A stretch of 64,000 bases of DNA from a virus (lineage: Duplodnaviria > Caudoviricetes). The stretch spans positions 6,466 to 70,465 of the IMG/VR virus record IMGVR_UViG_3300017700_000738. The stretch is one strand, 5' to 3'. Position 1 is the stretch's first letter. Every line of letters begins with the position of its first letter. The notes beneath the pieces are model-generated. The model worked only from the letters and a program-made list of their open reading frames with translations. It did not search any database and was not told the origin of the DNA. Both the position numbers and the translations under genes were made by a program. Shown one piece after another: positions 8,884 through 16,768 of the stretch.

Positions 8884-11800
8884 TGAATCTCGCCGCGCAC
8901 ATCCACGAGCAGGCCCGCTCCGTCAACGTGAAACCCACGGACGGTCAGAAGGAGGCGGGCAACTACAAGAAGGGGCATGTGCGCGTGCAGGGGCTCGATA
9001 TCACCATCGAGAACCCGCGCGGCTCGTACCGTTCCGGCAAGGACGCAAGCGGCAAGCCGTGGCGCTCGCAGCTTCCCCACCACTATGGCTACATCAAGCG
9101 CACGGTCGGCGCCGATGACGATCACGTTGATGTCTATCTCGGGCCGCACCTCAAGAGCCCGCACGTCTTCGCTGTCGATCAGCACGACCTGCATGGCGGG
9201 ACGTTCGACGAGCACAAGATTTTCATCGGCTTCGGCAGCAAGAAGCAGGCGCGCGACGCCTACATCAAAGCATTCTCGGATGGGCGCGGTGCGGATCGCA
9301 TCGGCCATATGGACACGCTGACCGTCGACCAGTTCAAGGCATGGCTGCGTAGCGGCAAGACCAAGAAGCCGATCCGGCATCGCGCGGCCGGTGGTTCGGT
9401 GTCGGAAGTGCCGTCGTTTGATCAGACCTCCGAGGTGCCGGCGTTCGATCAGACCGAAGATGCAGCCAAGCCGAAGTCATGGACGGACCGTATCTCCAAT
9501 GCTTGGGACAAGGCGACGCCGGGCGGACCTCTCTGGATGGCCAAGCAGGTCGCGCAGGGCGTACGCGGTGCCGTCGAGGGCTCGGTGGCCTCGACAGAGC
9601 CTGACGCCGTGACCGAGGAGGATATGCACCTTCAGAACCTGCGCCGCGATCAGGGACCGGAGCGCGCCATGCAGGCGGCCCAGTTCCTGACCCCGGGGGC
9701 GCCGGGCGGCGGCATGCTGGCGGTGCCGCGCGTGGCGCCGAAGTCGGTACCGGTCGCGCCGGAGGTGATGGCCAACAAGGAGATCGCTGGCGAGTTCGGC
9801 ATTCCGCTTTCCAAGGGGCAAGCCACGCAGGACCTCGACGCCATCCGATACGAGGACCTGTCGGCGCGCGGCGCGTACGGCAAGCCGGCGCAGGATCGTG
9901 CCGCGACGTTCTTCGACGATCAGTACGGCGCCACCCAGCAGGCCGGGCGCGACATTTCCGGCGGCATGGCGGGCCAGCGCGGCCCCGTGGAGAGCCCGGG
10001 ACAGGCGGCCGAGGTTGTGGCTGGTGATGTCGGCGAGCGCGCCACGCTGGCCCGCAGCCTCATGGAGGCGGCACGGCTCCGCGCCGAGGCCGAGGCGACG
10101 GCACAGCGCGGTATGGTGCAGGACAGCGGCCGGGTGGTCGACGATGTCGTGCGTCAGGGCAACCCCGCCGTAGAGAACCCTCTCGATGTCGCGGCCGGCG
10201 TGCGAAATTCTGTGCAGGAAGCCGCTGCCGCCAACCGGCAGGACTTCAAGAGCAAGTACGACGAGTTCGGGCGCCTACCGGGCGAGTTCGACGCCAGTGC
10301 GGTGCGCGGCATGGGCAATCGCATCAAGAACGATCTGTCGTTCCGTGACGAACCGGTGGTGATCGACGACCAGCTCACGCCGCTTGCGTCGCGGGCGATT
10401 CAGGAGATCGACAATATGTCGGCTCCTCGTATCCAGAACAGGGCGGACCCGCGTGCTGCCCCTGATCCAGAGGAAATCACCTCGGTGTCCCTCAAGGGCG
10501 TCGACCAGATGCGAAAGAAGCTGGTCGCCTACTATCAGGGGGCACGCAACGCTGGACCGAATGGCGAGTCCGACCGGCGCGCGATGCAGGCCGTTATGGA
10601 GGCCTTCGACAACAATATCGAAAGGTCGATCACGGAAGACCTATTCTCCGGTGATCCGCGAGCGCTTCAGGCGCTGCAGGAGGCCCGTGCGTCGTATTCC
10701 CGGTACCGAAATACGTTCGGTCCGCAGCGGAAGGGCGATGACGTCGGTGATGCGATGCGTCGTATCGTCGAGCAGAATCGTACCCCGGAAGAAGTCGCGA
10801 ACTACATTATCGGTAGCGGCAAGCTGGGGAGTTCCGGTCTCCCGGTTCGTATCGCGGACCGCCTGCAGGAGGTGCTTCCTCCCGAGCAGTTCAACGCCGT
10901 GCGGCAGGCGATCTGGCAGCGGGCATCGCAGGTTCGCGGTCAGGATGGCGGCATTGATCCGATCAAGTCGGCGCGCAGCACTCTCGACTTCTTGGGCACT
11001 ACGTTGGCGCAGCGCCACTTCAACGCACAAGAGCGTGCGGCTATGCGCGAGCATGCGCAGGGCGTGATGGCGCTGGAGCGCGCTATCGAGACGCACCCGG
11101 CCACGCAGGCCTATCAGGCGGCCCAGCGCATCTTCAATGGCGCGTTCGGCGGCGAGGGCATCGGCGGCGCGCAGCAGGCGGTGTTCCGGCGCATCATCGA
11201 CGGTACCGCGCTCCCCGAGGAGGCGGCCGGCGCGATCTTCAACGCCATCGGCAGCGGCAATCCCGGCAACGTGTCGCGCATGATCGGCGCTATCGAGCGC
11301 ATCACCGGCAACAAGAGCGAGACCATGGCGGCAATCCGTCAGGGCGTGTGGCAGAAGGTGACGCAGAACGCTGATGGTCGTTCGCAGCCCGGCATGCAGA
11401 AGATCGTCAACAACATCAGCGACCTCCTGAACGGCAAGGGCGCCAGCATCGCGAAGGCGCTCTACACCGAGGAGCAGCGCCAGATGATGGAGCGGTACGC
11501 GCATGCGCTGCGGCTGACGATCATCCCGAAATATGCGCGGACGAACTCGGATACGGCGCCGGCCATGATGGGTGCGTTGCGCAAGTACGGTTCGGCTATT
11601 CTCGGCAGCATCGGCGCGATCTTCACCGGCGGCGCCGAGGGCGGCCTCGCAGGTGTTGGCGTCAAGCATCTGCTGGAGAAGGGCGGAACGAAGTTCACCG
11701 AGTCGCGTGCGGCGTCTAAGGTCGGAAAGTCACTCGATAACCTCGAAGATGCGCCGCGTCCGTTACTGCCGCCAAAGAAGCCCCTGCCGGCGTACCTCAT

Positions 11801-11885
11801 GAGGCAACCCACCATCGGCGGGCAACTCTCGCGCCTTCAGGGGCCGTCGATAGGTCGCGCCGAAGATGAAAAGCGCAAGCCCTAA
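8880..11885 (+). CDS. Large internal virion/ejection protein with N-terminal inorganic pyrophosphatase-like (InPase) domain
   Basis: 1001 aa; QKEAGNYKKGH...IENPRGS...HYGYI...GADDDHVDVY. Confidence 0.75.
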   Translation: MMNLAAHIHEQARSVNVKPTDGQKEAGNYKKGHVRVQGLDITIENPRGSYRSGKDASGKPWRSQLPHHYGYIKRTVGADDDHVDVYLGPHLKSPHVFAVDQHDLHGGTFDEHKIFIGFGSKKQARDAYIKAFSDGRGADRIGHMDTLTVDQFKAWLRSGKTKKPIRHRAAGGSVSEVPSFDQTSEVPAFDQTEDAAKPKSWTDRISNAWDKATPGGPLWMAKQVAQGVRGAVEGSVASTEPDAVTEEDMHLQNLRRDQGPERAMQAAQFLTPGAPGGGMLAVPRVAPKSVPVAPEVMANKEIAGEFGIPLSKGQATQDLDAIRYEDLSARGAYGKPAQDRAATFFDDQYGATQQAGRDISGGMAGQRGPVESPGQAAEVVAGDVGERATLARSLMEAARLRAEAEATAQRGMVQDSGRVVDDVVRQGNPAVENPLDVAAGVRNSVQEAAAANRQDFKSKYDEFGRLPGEFDASAVRGMGNRIKNDLSFRDEPVVIDDQLTPLASRAIQEIDNMSAPRIQNRADPRAAPDPEEITSVSLKGVDQMRKKLVAYYQGARNAGPNGESDRRAMQAVMEAFDNNIERSITEDLFSGDPRALQALQEARASYSRYRNTFGPQRKGDDVGDAMRRIVEQNRTPEEVANYIIGSGKLGSSGLPVRIADRLQEVLPPEQFNAVRQAIWQRASQVRGQDGGIDPIKSARSTLDFLGTTLAQRHFNAQERAAMREHAQGVMALERAIETHPATQAYQAAQRIFNGAFGGEGIGGAQQAVFRRIIDGTALPEEAAGAIFNAIGSGNPGNVSRMIGAIERITGNKSETMAAIRQGVWQKVTQNADGRSQPGMQKIVNNISDLLNGKGASIAKALYTEEQRQMMERYAHALRLTIIPKYARTNSDTAPAMMGALRKYGSAILGSIGAIFTGGAEGGLAGVGVKHLLEKGGTKFTESRAASKVGKSLDNLEDAPRPLLPPKKPLPAYLMRQPTIGGQLSRLQGPSIGRAEDEKRKP

Positions 11886-11931
11886 CGGGCCGGAGATGCA
11901 CATCCACACGAAAACGAGATAGGTCAGTCTG

Positions 11932-12810
11932 ATGATCAAATTATCCGCCGCAGATGTTCGAGCAATTCTCCCCCGTGCACCACAGGTGGTGGTGGATGCG
12001 TTCGCCTCCAAACAAAATGTGCTGGTCAAGGCCGATATTCTGGAGACGAAGGTGCGCGCCGGATATTTCTTCGCCAATATCGAGCACGAGAGCGGCGGCT
12101 TCTCGATCCCGGGCCTCACCGAGAATATCAACTACACGGCGGCGCGCATGGCGCAGGTGTGGCCGTCTCGATTCCCCGGCGGCGCCGCGCAGGTGCGCGC
12201 CAAGTACGGAACCTCCAAGGGCTGGCAGCTGCTCGCGTTCGATGACATCTACGGCAACCGCATGGGGAATCGCCCCGGCACCAGCGACGGCTCCATGTTT
12301 ATCGGGCGCGGGGGTCCGCAGTGGACCGGGCGTGACGGTTATGAGGCACTTCAGAAATTGACCGGCCTCCCGGTCGTGGCCGATCCAGAGTTGGCTTCCC
12401 GGCTCGATCTGCAGCCGGAAATCTGCGCCGCGTTCTGGACGTGGAAAGGCCTGAACCGATTCGCTGACGCCGGCAACTTCATCGGCTGCGTGACAGCATG
12501 GAACGGCGGTACCAATGGGCTCGCGGATCGCAAGGCGCTGATGGCCGGCAATGATCCGATCATCAAGCGACTGGAGAGCGTCTCGACCGTGATGCCGACA
12601 ATTCCGGCGGCACCGCTCGGCGCGCGCGTCGGCGTGACGATCTCGAACCTGAATGTTCGCGCCGGTACCGGCACCAATTACCCGGTGCTGCGTATCGTCC
12701 CAAAGGGCACCAAGGTCAACGCGCTGGAGCAGCTCCGCGTCGGTTCCGTTACTTGGCTCCGTATCGATGACGGATTTGTCTCTGCCCCTTACGTGAAGCT
12801 GGCCGCGTAG
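11932..12810 (+). CDS. Endolysin, glycoside hydrolase family 19 plus C-terminal SH3b
   Basis: HESGG, ENINY, FIGRGGPQWTGRDGY, NGGTNGLADR; LNVRAGTGTNYPV SH3b. Confidence 0.85.
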   Translation: MIKLSAADVRAILPRAPQVVVDAFASKQNVLVKADILETKVRAGYFFANIEHESGGFSIPGLTENINYTAARMAQVWPSRFPGGAAQVRAKYGTSKGWQLLAFDDIYGNRMGNRPGTSDGSMFIGRGGPQWTGRDGYEALQKLTGLPVVADPELASRLDLQPEICAAFWTWKGLNRFADAGNFIGCVTAWNGGTNGLADRKALMAGNDPIIKRLESVSTVMPTIPAAPLGARVGVTISNLNVRAGTGTNYPVLRIVPKGTKVNALEQLRVGSVTWLRIDDGFVSAPYVKLAA

Positions 12811-12857
12811 CCCACTCTGTGGTACCGCAATGGTATCAAGTCAACTGGATGTAGATC

Positions 12858-13202
12858 ATGAACCTTAATGGCAAGCAGATCATCTCCATTTCCATCGCGG
12901 TTCTCGGCGTGTTGATGGTCTCCACCACCCAGCTGACGGACCTGTTCGGAGCCGGCGTCGCACAGAAGATCGTGTCTCTCGCCGCGCTGCTGAATACGGG
13001 TCTCGGCTCCGTCATGGCCGTGATTTCCAGCACGTCCCAGCAGTTCAAGGACGTCAGCAACACTACCGGTGTGGAACCGCTCCGCGTGAACGCGCAGGCC
13101 AGCCCGCAGCTGGCCGCACTCGCCGTCGATCCAAAGGTCGACAACATCGCCCCGACGCGCGCCGATATGGAAGCGGTCGAGGCCATCGCAAAAGGAGTTT
13201 GA
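12858..13202 (+). CDS. Putative holin
   Basis: 114 aa, two hydrophobic segments, follows endolysin. Confidence 0.5.
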   Translation: MNLNGKQIISISIAVLGVLMVSTTQLTDLFGAGVAQKIVSLAALLNTGLGSVMAVISSTSQQFKDVSNTTGVEPLRVNAQASPQLAALAVDPKVDNIAPTRADMEAVEAIAKGV

Positions 13203-13203
13203 C

Positions 13204-13620
13204 GTGAAGAAGTTTAGCGTTCTCGTCGCCACCGTCGTTGTCTCGCTCTCACTTGGCGCATGCCAAGGGTTCAAAGCCCTTGAGACCCTCACCCAGCTCG
13301 GTACCGCCTCGATCTCGAACCCGGTGACGCCCGAGCGCCTTCTCACCATGGAGCGTGCGACCACCGTGGTATTTAAGGGCCTCAACGCATGGCGTGATAG
13401 CTGCGAGCAGGGCCTGATTAACACGGGCTGCAAGGAACAAATCCGCGCAGTGCAGGTCTATACTGTGCAAATCCCGCCGTATCTCACACAGCTGCGCAAG
13501 TTCGTCCGTTCCAATGATCAGGTGAACGCTGGTGTCGTGTGGGGGCAGCTCTCGGACCTGATCTCAATCGTCAAGGGTAAGGCCGCCGAGGGCGGCGTGA
13601 CTATCGGAGGTGCATCGTGA
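13204..13620 (+). CDS. Lipoprotein (lysis region)
   Basis: Signal peptide with lipobox LGAC. Confidence 0.6.
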   Translation: MKKFSVLVATVVVSLSLGACQGFKALETLTQLGTASISNPVTPERLLTMERATTVVFKGLNAWRDSCEQGLINTGCKEQIRAVQVYTVQIPPYLTQLRKFVRSNDQVNAGVVWGQLSDLISIVKGKAAEGGVTIGGAS

Positions 13621-13832
13621 GCCTGAACTACACAGAAGTCCTGAGTGTCCTCAATCGAGGACTCGAATATCTGCCGAAGGCGATCCAGTTGGGCAAGAAC
13701 GTGCTCCCGGTGATCACCGCCATGACCACCCTTGCGACGAGCGCGGCAAACGGTACCGCGACGCAGTCGGAGGCTGATGCCGTTGATCAGGAACTCGACG
13801 ACGAAATCGCCAAGTTCAACCGTCCGATCTGA
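13617..13832 (+). CDS. Hypothetical protein
   Basis: 71 aa; GTGA overlap, GGAGG SD. Confidence 0.6.
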   Translation: MSLNYTEVLSVLNRGLEYLPKAIQLGKNVLPVITAMTTLATSAANGTATQSEADAVDQELDDEIAKFNRPI

Positions 13833-13856
13833 CGGTTTTGAGAATGGAGCAGATGC

Positions 13857-14066
13857 GTGGGGCCAGAATATTGGTTCAGTCTGGCCAAGGAGGGCGGAGC
13901 GTATATGGCTCCCCTTCTTCTCGCCGGATTGCTCTGGATGAATACAGAGCGGAAGCGCCTGCTGATTATCTTGGAAGACAAGGACGAGAAGCTGTACGCG
14001 TTGGCAGTTCAGACGTCGGCCCTCGTGGCCGAGCTGAAGTCAATCGTTTTCGGAAGGGCTGCATGA
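13857..14066 (+). CDS. Small membrane protein
   Basis: 69 aa, one TM segment then coiled coil. Confidence 0.55.
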   Translation: MGPEYWFSLAKEGGAYMAPLLLAGLLWMNTERKRLLIILEDKDEKLYALAVQTSALVAELKSIVFGRAA

Positions 14067-14317
14067 GGATCATGAATATGATTCGAGGCGCATTCCAAAC
14101 TCGTCGTGCGACACCCGCCGACCGGGCCTATAACCACGCCATGGCGGTCAGCACTGACCTGATCGAGAAGATGCGTGAGCGTTCATCCGATCCCAGCCCG
14201 ATGCGCGCCATGATGGCCGATATCTGGGCGCAGAACCACAACGTCCCTTATGTGACTTCGGTGTTCGAAACCGTTCAAGAATTGAATGCCGCCATCGGTG
14301 ATCGAGACCGCAAGTGA
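14063..14317 (+). CDS. Hypothetical protein
   Basis: ATGA overlap at 14063; 3' part of track ORF 13838-14317. Confidence 0.55.
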   Translation: MRIMNMIRGAFQTRRATPADRAYNHAMAVSTDLIEKMRERSSDPSPMRAMMADIWAQNHNVPYVTSVFETVQELNAAIGDRDRK

Positions 14318-14745
14318 TAACGGCCTTCACTTCAAGCTTCTGGCTGGAGATGTCGAACGGCGCCAGCGGGCTCGTCGAGATGATGTTTATGGCCTTGATG
14401 GTCAGGTATCTTTATCTGGAGGCCAAGCGCCGCCGCCTGCGCCGCCGAGATTGGTTTTTCCGCATGCCGCCCAGCATGCACCTCGCCATAGCTATTCTTG
14501 TGTTCGATCTTGGAGTGTGGATGCGCTCGGCGCTGATCTGGGTATGGCGCAAGTTTTACGGAGCCGGTGAGTTCAGCACGATGCAGCTGATGGTGCTCGG
14601 CGTCGGAAGCCTCATCATCATTATCGGTTCGCTGTGCAAGATACGCGCAGTAACCAAGCCCGATCTCGGTAATTCCCCATGGCTCATCGCTCTCGGGGTC
14701 GTGGTTGTGTTTTGCGCCCTATCCGCCGCCATCGGGAACATCTGA
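14314..14745 (+). CDS. Multi-pass membrane protein
   Basis: 143 aa, about four hydrophobic segments. Confidence 0.65.
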   Translation: MITAFTSSFWLEMSNGASGLVEMMFMALMVRYLYLEAKRRRLRRRDWFFRMPPSMHLAIAILVFDLGVWMRSALIWVWRKFYGAGEFSTMQLMVLGVGSLIIIIGSLCKIRAVTKPDLGNSPWLIALGVVVVFCALSAAIGNI

Positions 14746-14782
14746 CGACCTGCCACGTTGCCGCCACACACAGGAGGCTGCC

Positions 14783-14956
14783 ATGCTGATAACCGTGTTG
14801 GTCGTGTTACTCGTTCTCATGCTGATCGGTGGCCTCACGCCCTTCGGCGCGCGTGCCGGCGGCGCTCCATATTGGGGTGCTGGCTACTACGGCGGCGGCG
14901 GAATCGGACTGATCCTCGTGATCCTGCTCGTGCTGTTGCTGGTCGGCCGCATCTGA
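14783..14956 (+). CDS. DUF3309-like small membrane protein
   Basis: AGGAGG SD; MLITVLVVLLVLMLIGG...YYGGGGIGLILVILLVLLLVGRI. Confidence 0.7.
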   Translation: MLITVLVVLLVLMLIGGLTPFGARAGGAPYWGAGYYGGGGIGLILVILLVLLLVGRI

Positions 14957-14973
14957 TATTTCTGGAATAGGTG

Positions 14974-15001
14974 TTGACGGCCCGCAAAATCGGGCGTACG
15001 T
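14974..15001 (+). promoter_or_regulatory. Probable sigma70 promoter for the tRNA array
   Basis: TTGACG...GCGTA; same architecture as 47140 and 58241. Confidence 0.6.
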
Positions 15002-15346
15002 GCCTATCCCACATTCTGGAGCTACACTCGTGCAATCCATACGGTCATATCGCAGACACGCCGGCCAGCCGCTATTTCAGCGCTGCTGGACGATTGCGTC
15101 TGTCGTCATGACAGCACCAGAAGCGAATAGCCCCAAGGGGCGCAAAGACTAAACCGGCAGCGAGCCTCCGCTCTCTGCCACCCCGGCAGAGAAAACCTCG
15201 CACACCTTCCCACTCGACGTGCACCCTCTGCCAGAAGACCCGACGACCGTCACCGCGTACGCGCGTTCCGGCGTCTAGGACCGAGCTGTAGGAGTGGCGC
15301 CATCGCGCGCTGCAAACTGGTTTCGGCGGTCCGAACTGTTCTTCGT

Positions 15347-15419
15347 GCTGGCTTAGGTCAGTGGGAGACCGCCGTCCTTGTAAGACGGATGTCGGGGGTT
15401 CGATTCCGCCCAGCCAGCA
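15347..15419 (+). tRNA. trnT: tRNA-Thr(UGU), no encoded CCA
   Basis: GCTGGCT/AGCCAGC acceptor; CCGTC-CTTGTAA-GACGG. Confidence 0.85.
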
Positions 15420-15432
15420 CAAAGCACAGATT

Positions 15433-15506
15433 GCCCTTGAAGCATTGAGGTGATGCACCGCTCTCGTAAAGCGGAGAGCCGGTTTCGATTCCCGGCATGG
15501 GCGCCA
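15433..15506 (+). tRNA. trnT: tRNA-Thr(CGU), imperfect T-stem
   Basis: CCGCT-CTCGTAA-AGCGG; ends GCCA. Confidence 0.75.
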
Positions 15507-15507
15507 A

Positions 15508-15588
15508 GTAGGGGGAAACATGGGTTCGAATCCCATCTGGAGCCACCGGTGCACCGGTCCAGTCGTCTAGTGGTTGGGACGCTCCCGC
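15508..15588 (+). ncRNA. Circularly permuted tRNA-like RNA 1 (YrlA-like core, no anticodon loop)
   Basis: Order T-arm (ATGGG-TTCGAAT-CCCAT), acceptor strands joined by linker, D-arm (GTCT-AGTGGTTG-GGAC); ends pair GGGGG/CTCCC. Confidence 0.7.
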
Positions 15589-15595
15589 AATTCAC

Positions 15596-15669
15596 GCTGC
15601 ATTCGTCCAGTGGTAGGGCACTGCTTTGGTAAGGCAGGAACCGGAGTTCGATCCTCCGATGTAGCACCA
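15596..15669 (+). tRNA. trnT: tRNA-Thr(GGU)
   Basis: CTGCT-TTGGTAA-GGCAG; ACCA end. Confidence 0.9.
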
Positions 15670-15670
15670 T

Positions 15671-15746
15671 GCGTGACTAGCCCAACGGTAGAGGCAGCGG
15701 TTTCAGAAGCCGTCCAGTCGGGGTTCGAATCTCCGGTCACGCACCA
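15671..15746 (+). tRNA. trnL: tRNA-Leu(CAG), short variable loop
   Basis: GCGGT-TTCAGAA-GCCGT; 5-nt variable loop. Confidence 0.85.
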
Positions 15747-15751
15747 TTCAC

Positions 15752-15828
15752 GCCCGTGTAGCCAAACGGTAAAGGCCGCTCGTTCAAAGCGAGTTCATCT
15801 GCGGGTTCGAATCCTGCCACGGGCACCA
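15752..15828 (+). tRNA. trnL: tRNA-Leu(CAA), short variable loop
   Basis: GCTCG-TTCAAAG-CGAGT. Confidence 0.85.
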
Positions 15829-15834
15829 CTTCAT

Positions 15835-15909
15835 GATCCGCGAGCCAGATGGGACGGCACCGGGCCTACACCCCGGCAAGACTGCGTTCGATTCGTAGGC
15901 GGGTTACCA
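15835..15909 (+). tRNA. trnV: tRNA-Val(UAC)
   Basis: CCGGG-CCTACAC-CCCGG. Confidence 0.85.
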
Positions 15910-15913
15910 TCAT

Positions 15914-15987
15914 GGTCCTATAGCTCAAAGGTAGAGCACGCGGCTGATAACCGCGCGACGTCGGATCGTTACCGGCTAGGACTACCA
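15914..15987 (+). tRNA. trnI: tRNA-Ile(GAU)
   Basis: CGCGG-CTGATAA-CCGCG; T-loop ATCGTTA. Confidence 0.9.
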
Positions 15988-16016
15988 ATTCACCGGCCTA
16001 ACTTAGGGAGCCGAAA

Positions 16017-16142
16017 ATGAAGTGCATTCACTGCCAGTTCGGGCTCGACCCGGTTCGGCTGAAGCGCCAGTGGGTCCACCACTTCCGCGACACCGGTCAG
16101 ATCGTCGTGTGCGAAGACAAGAACCTGAAACCGGCGTCCTAA
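16017..16142 (+). CDS. Small Cys/His protein inside the tRNA array
   Basis: AGGGAG SD; MKCIHCQFGLDPVRLKRQWVHHFRDTGQIVVCEDKNLKPAS*; below ORF-track size cut-off. Confidence 0.65.
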   Translation: MKCIHCQFGLDPVRLKRQWVHHFRDTGQIVVCEDKNLKPAS

Positions 16143-16144
16143 TT

Positions 16145-16219
16145 GGACCCGGAGTAGGAAAGTAGCACGCTGGCCTTTTAACCCATGCGAACTCGGGGCA
16201 GTACCGAGCGGGTTCACCA
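16145..16219 (+). tRNA. trnK: tRNA-Lys(UUU), divergent
   Basis: GGACCCG/CGGGTTC acceptor; loop CTTTTAA; T-loop GGCAGTA. Confidence 0.7.
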
Positions 16220-16224
16220 ATCAT

Positions 16225-16298
16225 CGACCGCAAGCATTAAGGTGATGCACGGGCCTCTTAACCCCGGGAACACGGATCGTTACCGTGGCGGTTGACCA
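16225..16298 (+). tRNA. trnK: tRNA-Lys(CUU)
   Basis: CGGGC-CTCTTAA-CCCCG. Confidence 0.85.
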
Positions 16299-16303
16299 AT
16301 CAT

Positions 16304-16379
16304 GTGTTCGTACCCCAACGGCAGAGGGACGGCGTTGAGAACGCCCTCAGTGGGAGTTCAAATCTCCCCGGACACACCA
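16304..16379 (+). tRNA. trnL: tRNA-Leu(GAG), short variable loop
   Basis: GGCG-TTGAGAA-CGCC. Confidence 0.85.
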
Positions 16380-16380
16380 T

Positions 16381-16454
16381 GCTGCTATAGCTCAAAGGCA
16401 GAGCGCCCGGTTGTCAACCGGAGGACCGGGGATCGATACCCCGTAGCAGCGCCA
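16381..16454 (+). tRNA. trnD: tRNA-Asp(GUC)
   Basis: CCGG-TTGTCAA-CCGG; G73. Confidence 0.9.
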
Positions 16455-16460
16455 TTTCAT

Positions 16461-16534
16461 CTGGGTGAAAGATTACGGTAGTCGGTGGGCTTTGGAAGCT
16501 CGCAGCGCGTGTTCGACTCACGCCACCCAGACCA
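16461..16534 (+). tRNA. trnP: tRNA-Pro(UGG)
   Basis: C1:G72, A73; TGGGC-TTTGGAA-GCTCG. Confidence 0.85.
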
Positions 16535-16686
16535 TTTCGAGAGCCGGTGGGGTCTCGCAAGAGCTTGGAGATGGGCGGTTCGATTCCCCCTCGCGCGGTG
16601 TAAAAGCCAAGCGGTCGTCTAACGGCTAGGATACCAAGATGCACACCGGACTAGAACGAGGCGTCATGACCCACGCCTACTCGAAA
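16535..16686 (+). ncRNA. Circularly permuted tRNA-like RNA 2 with extended closing helices (YrlA/Y-RNA-like)
   Basis: TTTCGAG/CTCGAAA, CCGGTG/CACCGG and CTTGG/CCAAG enclose T-arm, looped acceptor stem and D-arm. Confidence 0.7.
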
Positions 16687-16692
16687 CACTTA

Positions 16693-16768
16693 GCGCGTTG
16701 AGCCAGATGGGACGGCCCGCCGCTCATAACGGTAAGAGGACGGGGTTCGATCCCCCGAGCGCGCACCA
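16693..16768 (+). tRNA. tRNA-Met or Ile2 (CAU)
   Basis: GCCG-CTCATAA-CGGT; GCGCGTT/AGCGCGC. Confidence 0.85.

Noticed and set aside
5884-11815. Long minus-strand ORFs (5884-7044, 6569-7471, 10641-11669 and others)
   Set aside because: Antisense shadows of GC-rich genes; Arg/Ala/Pro-rich with no motifs
16650-16688. Hammerhead ribozyme suggested by CTCGAAAC
   Set aside because: No CTGANGA core
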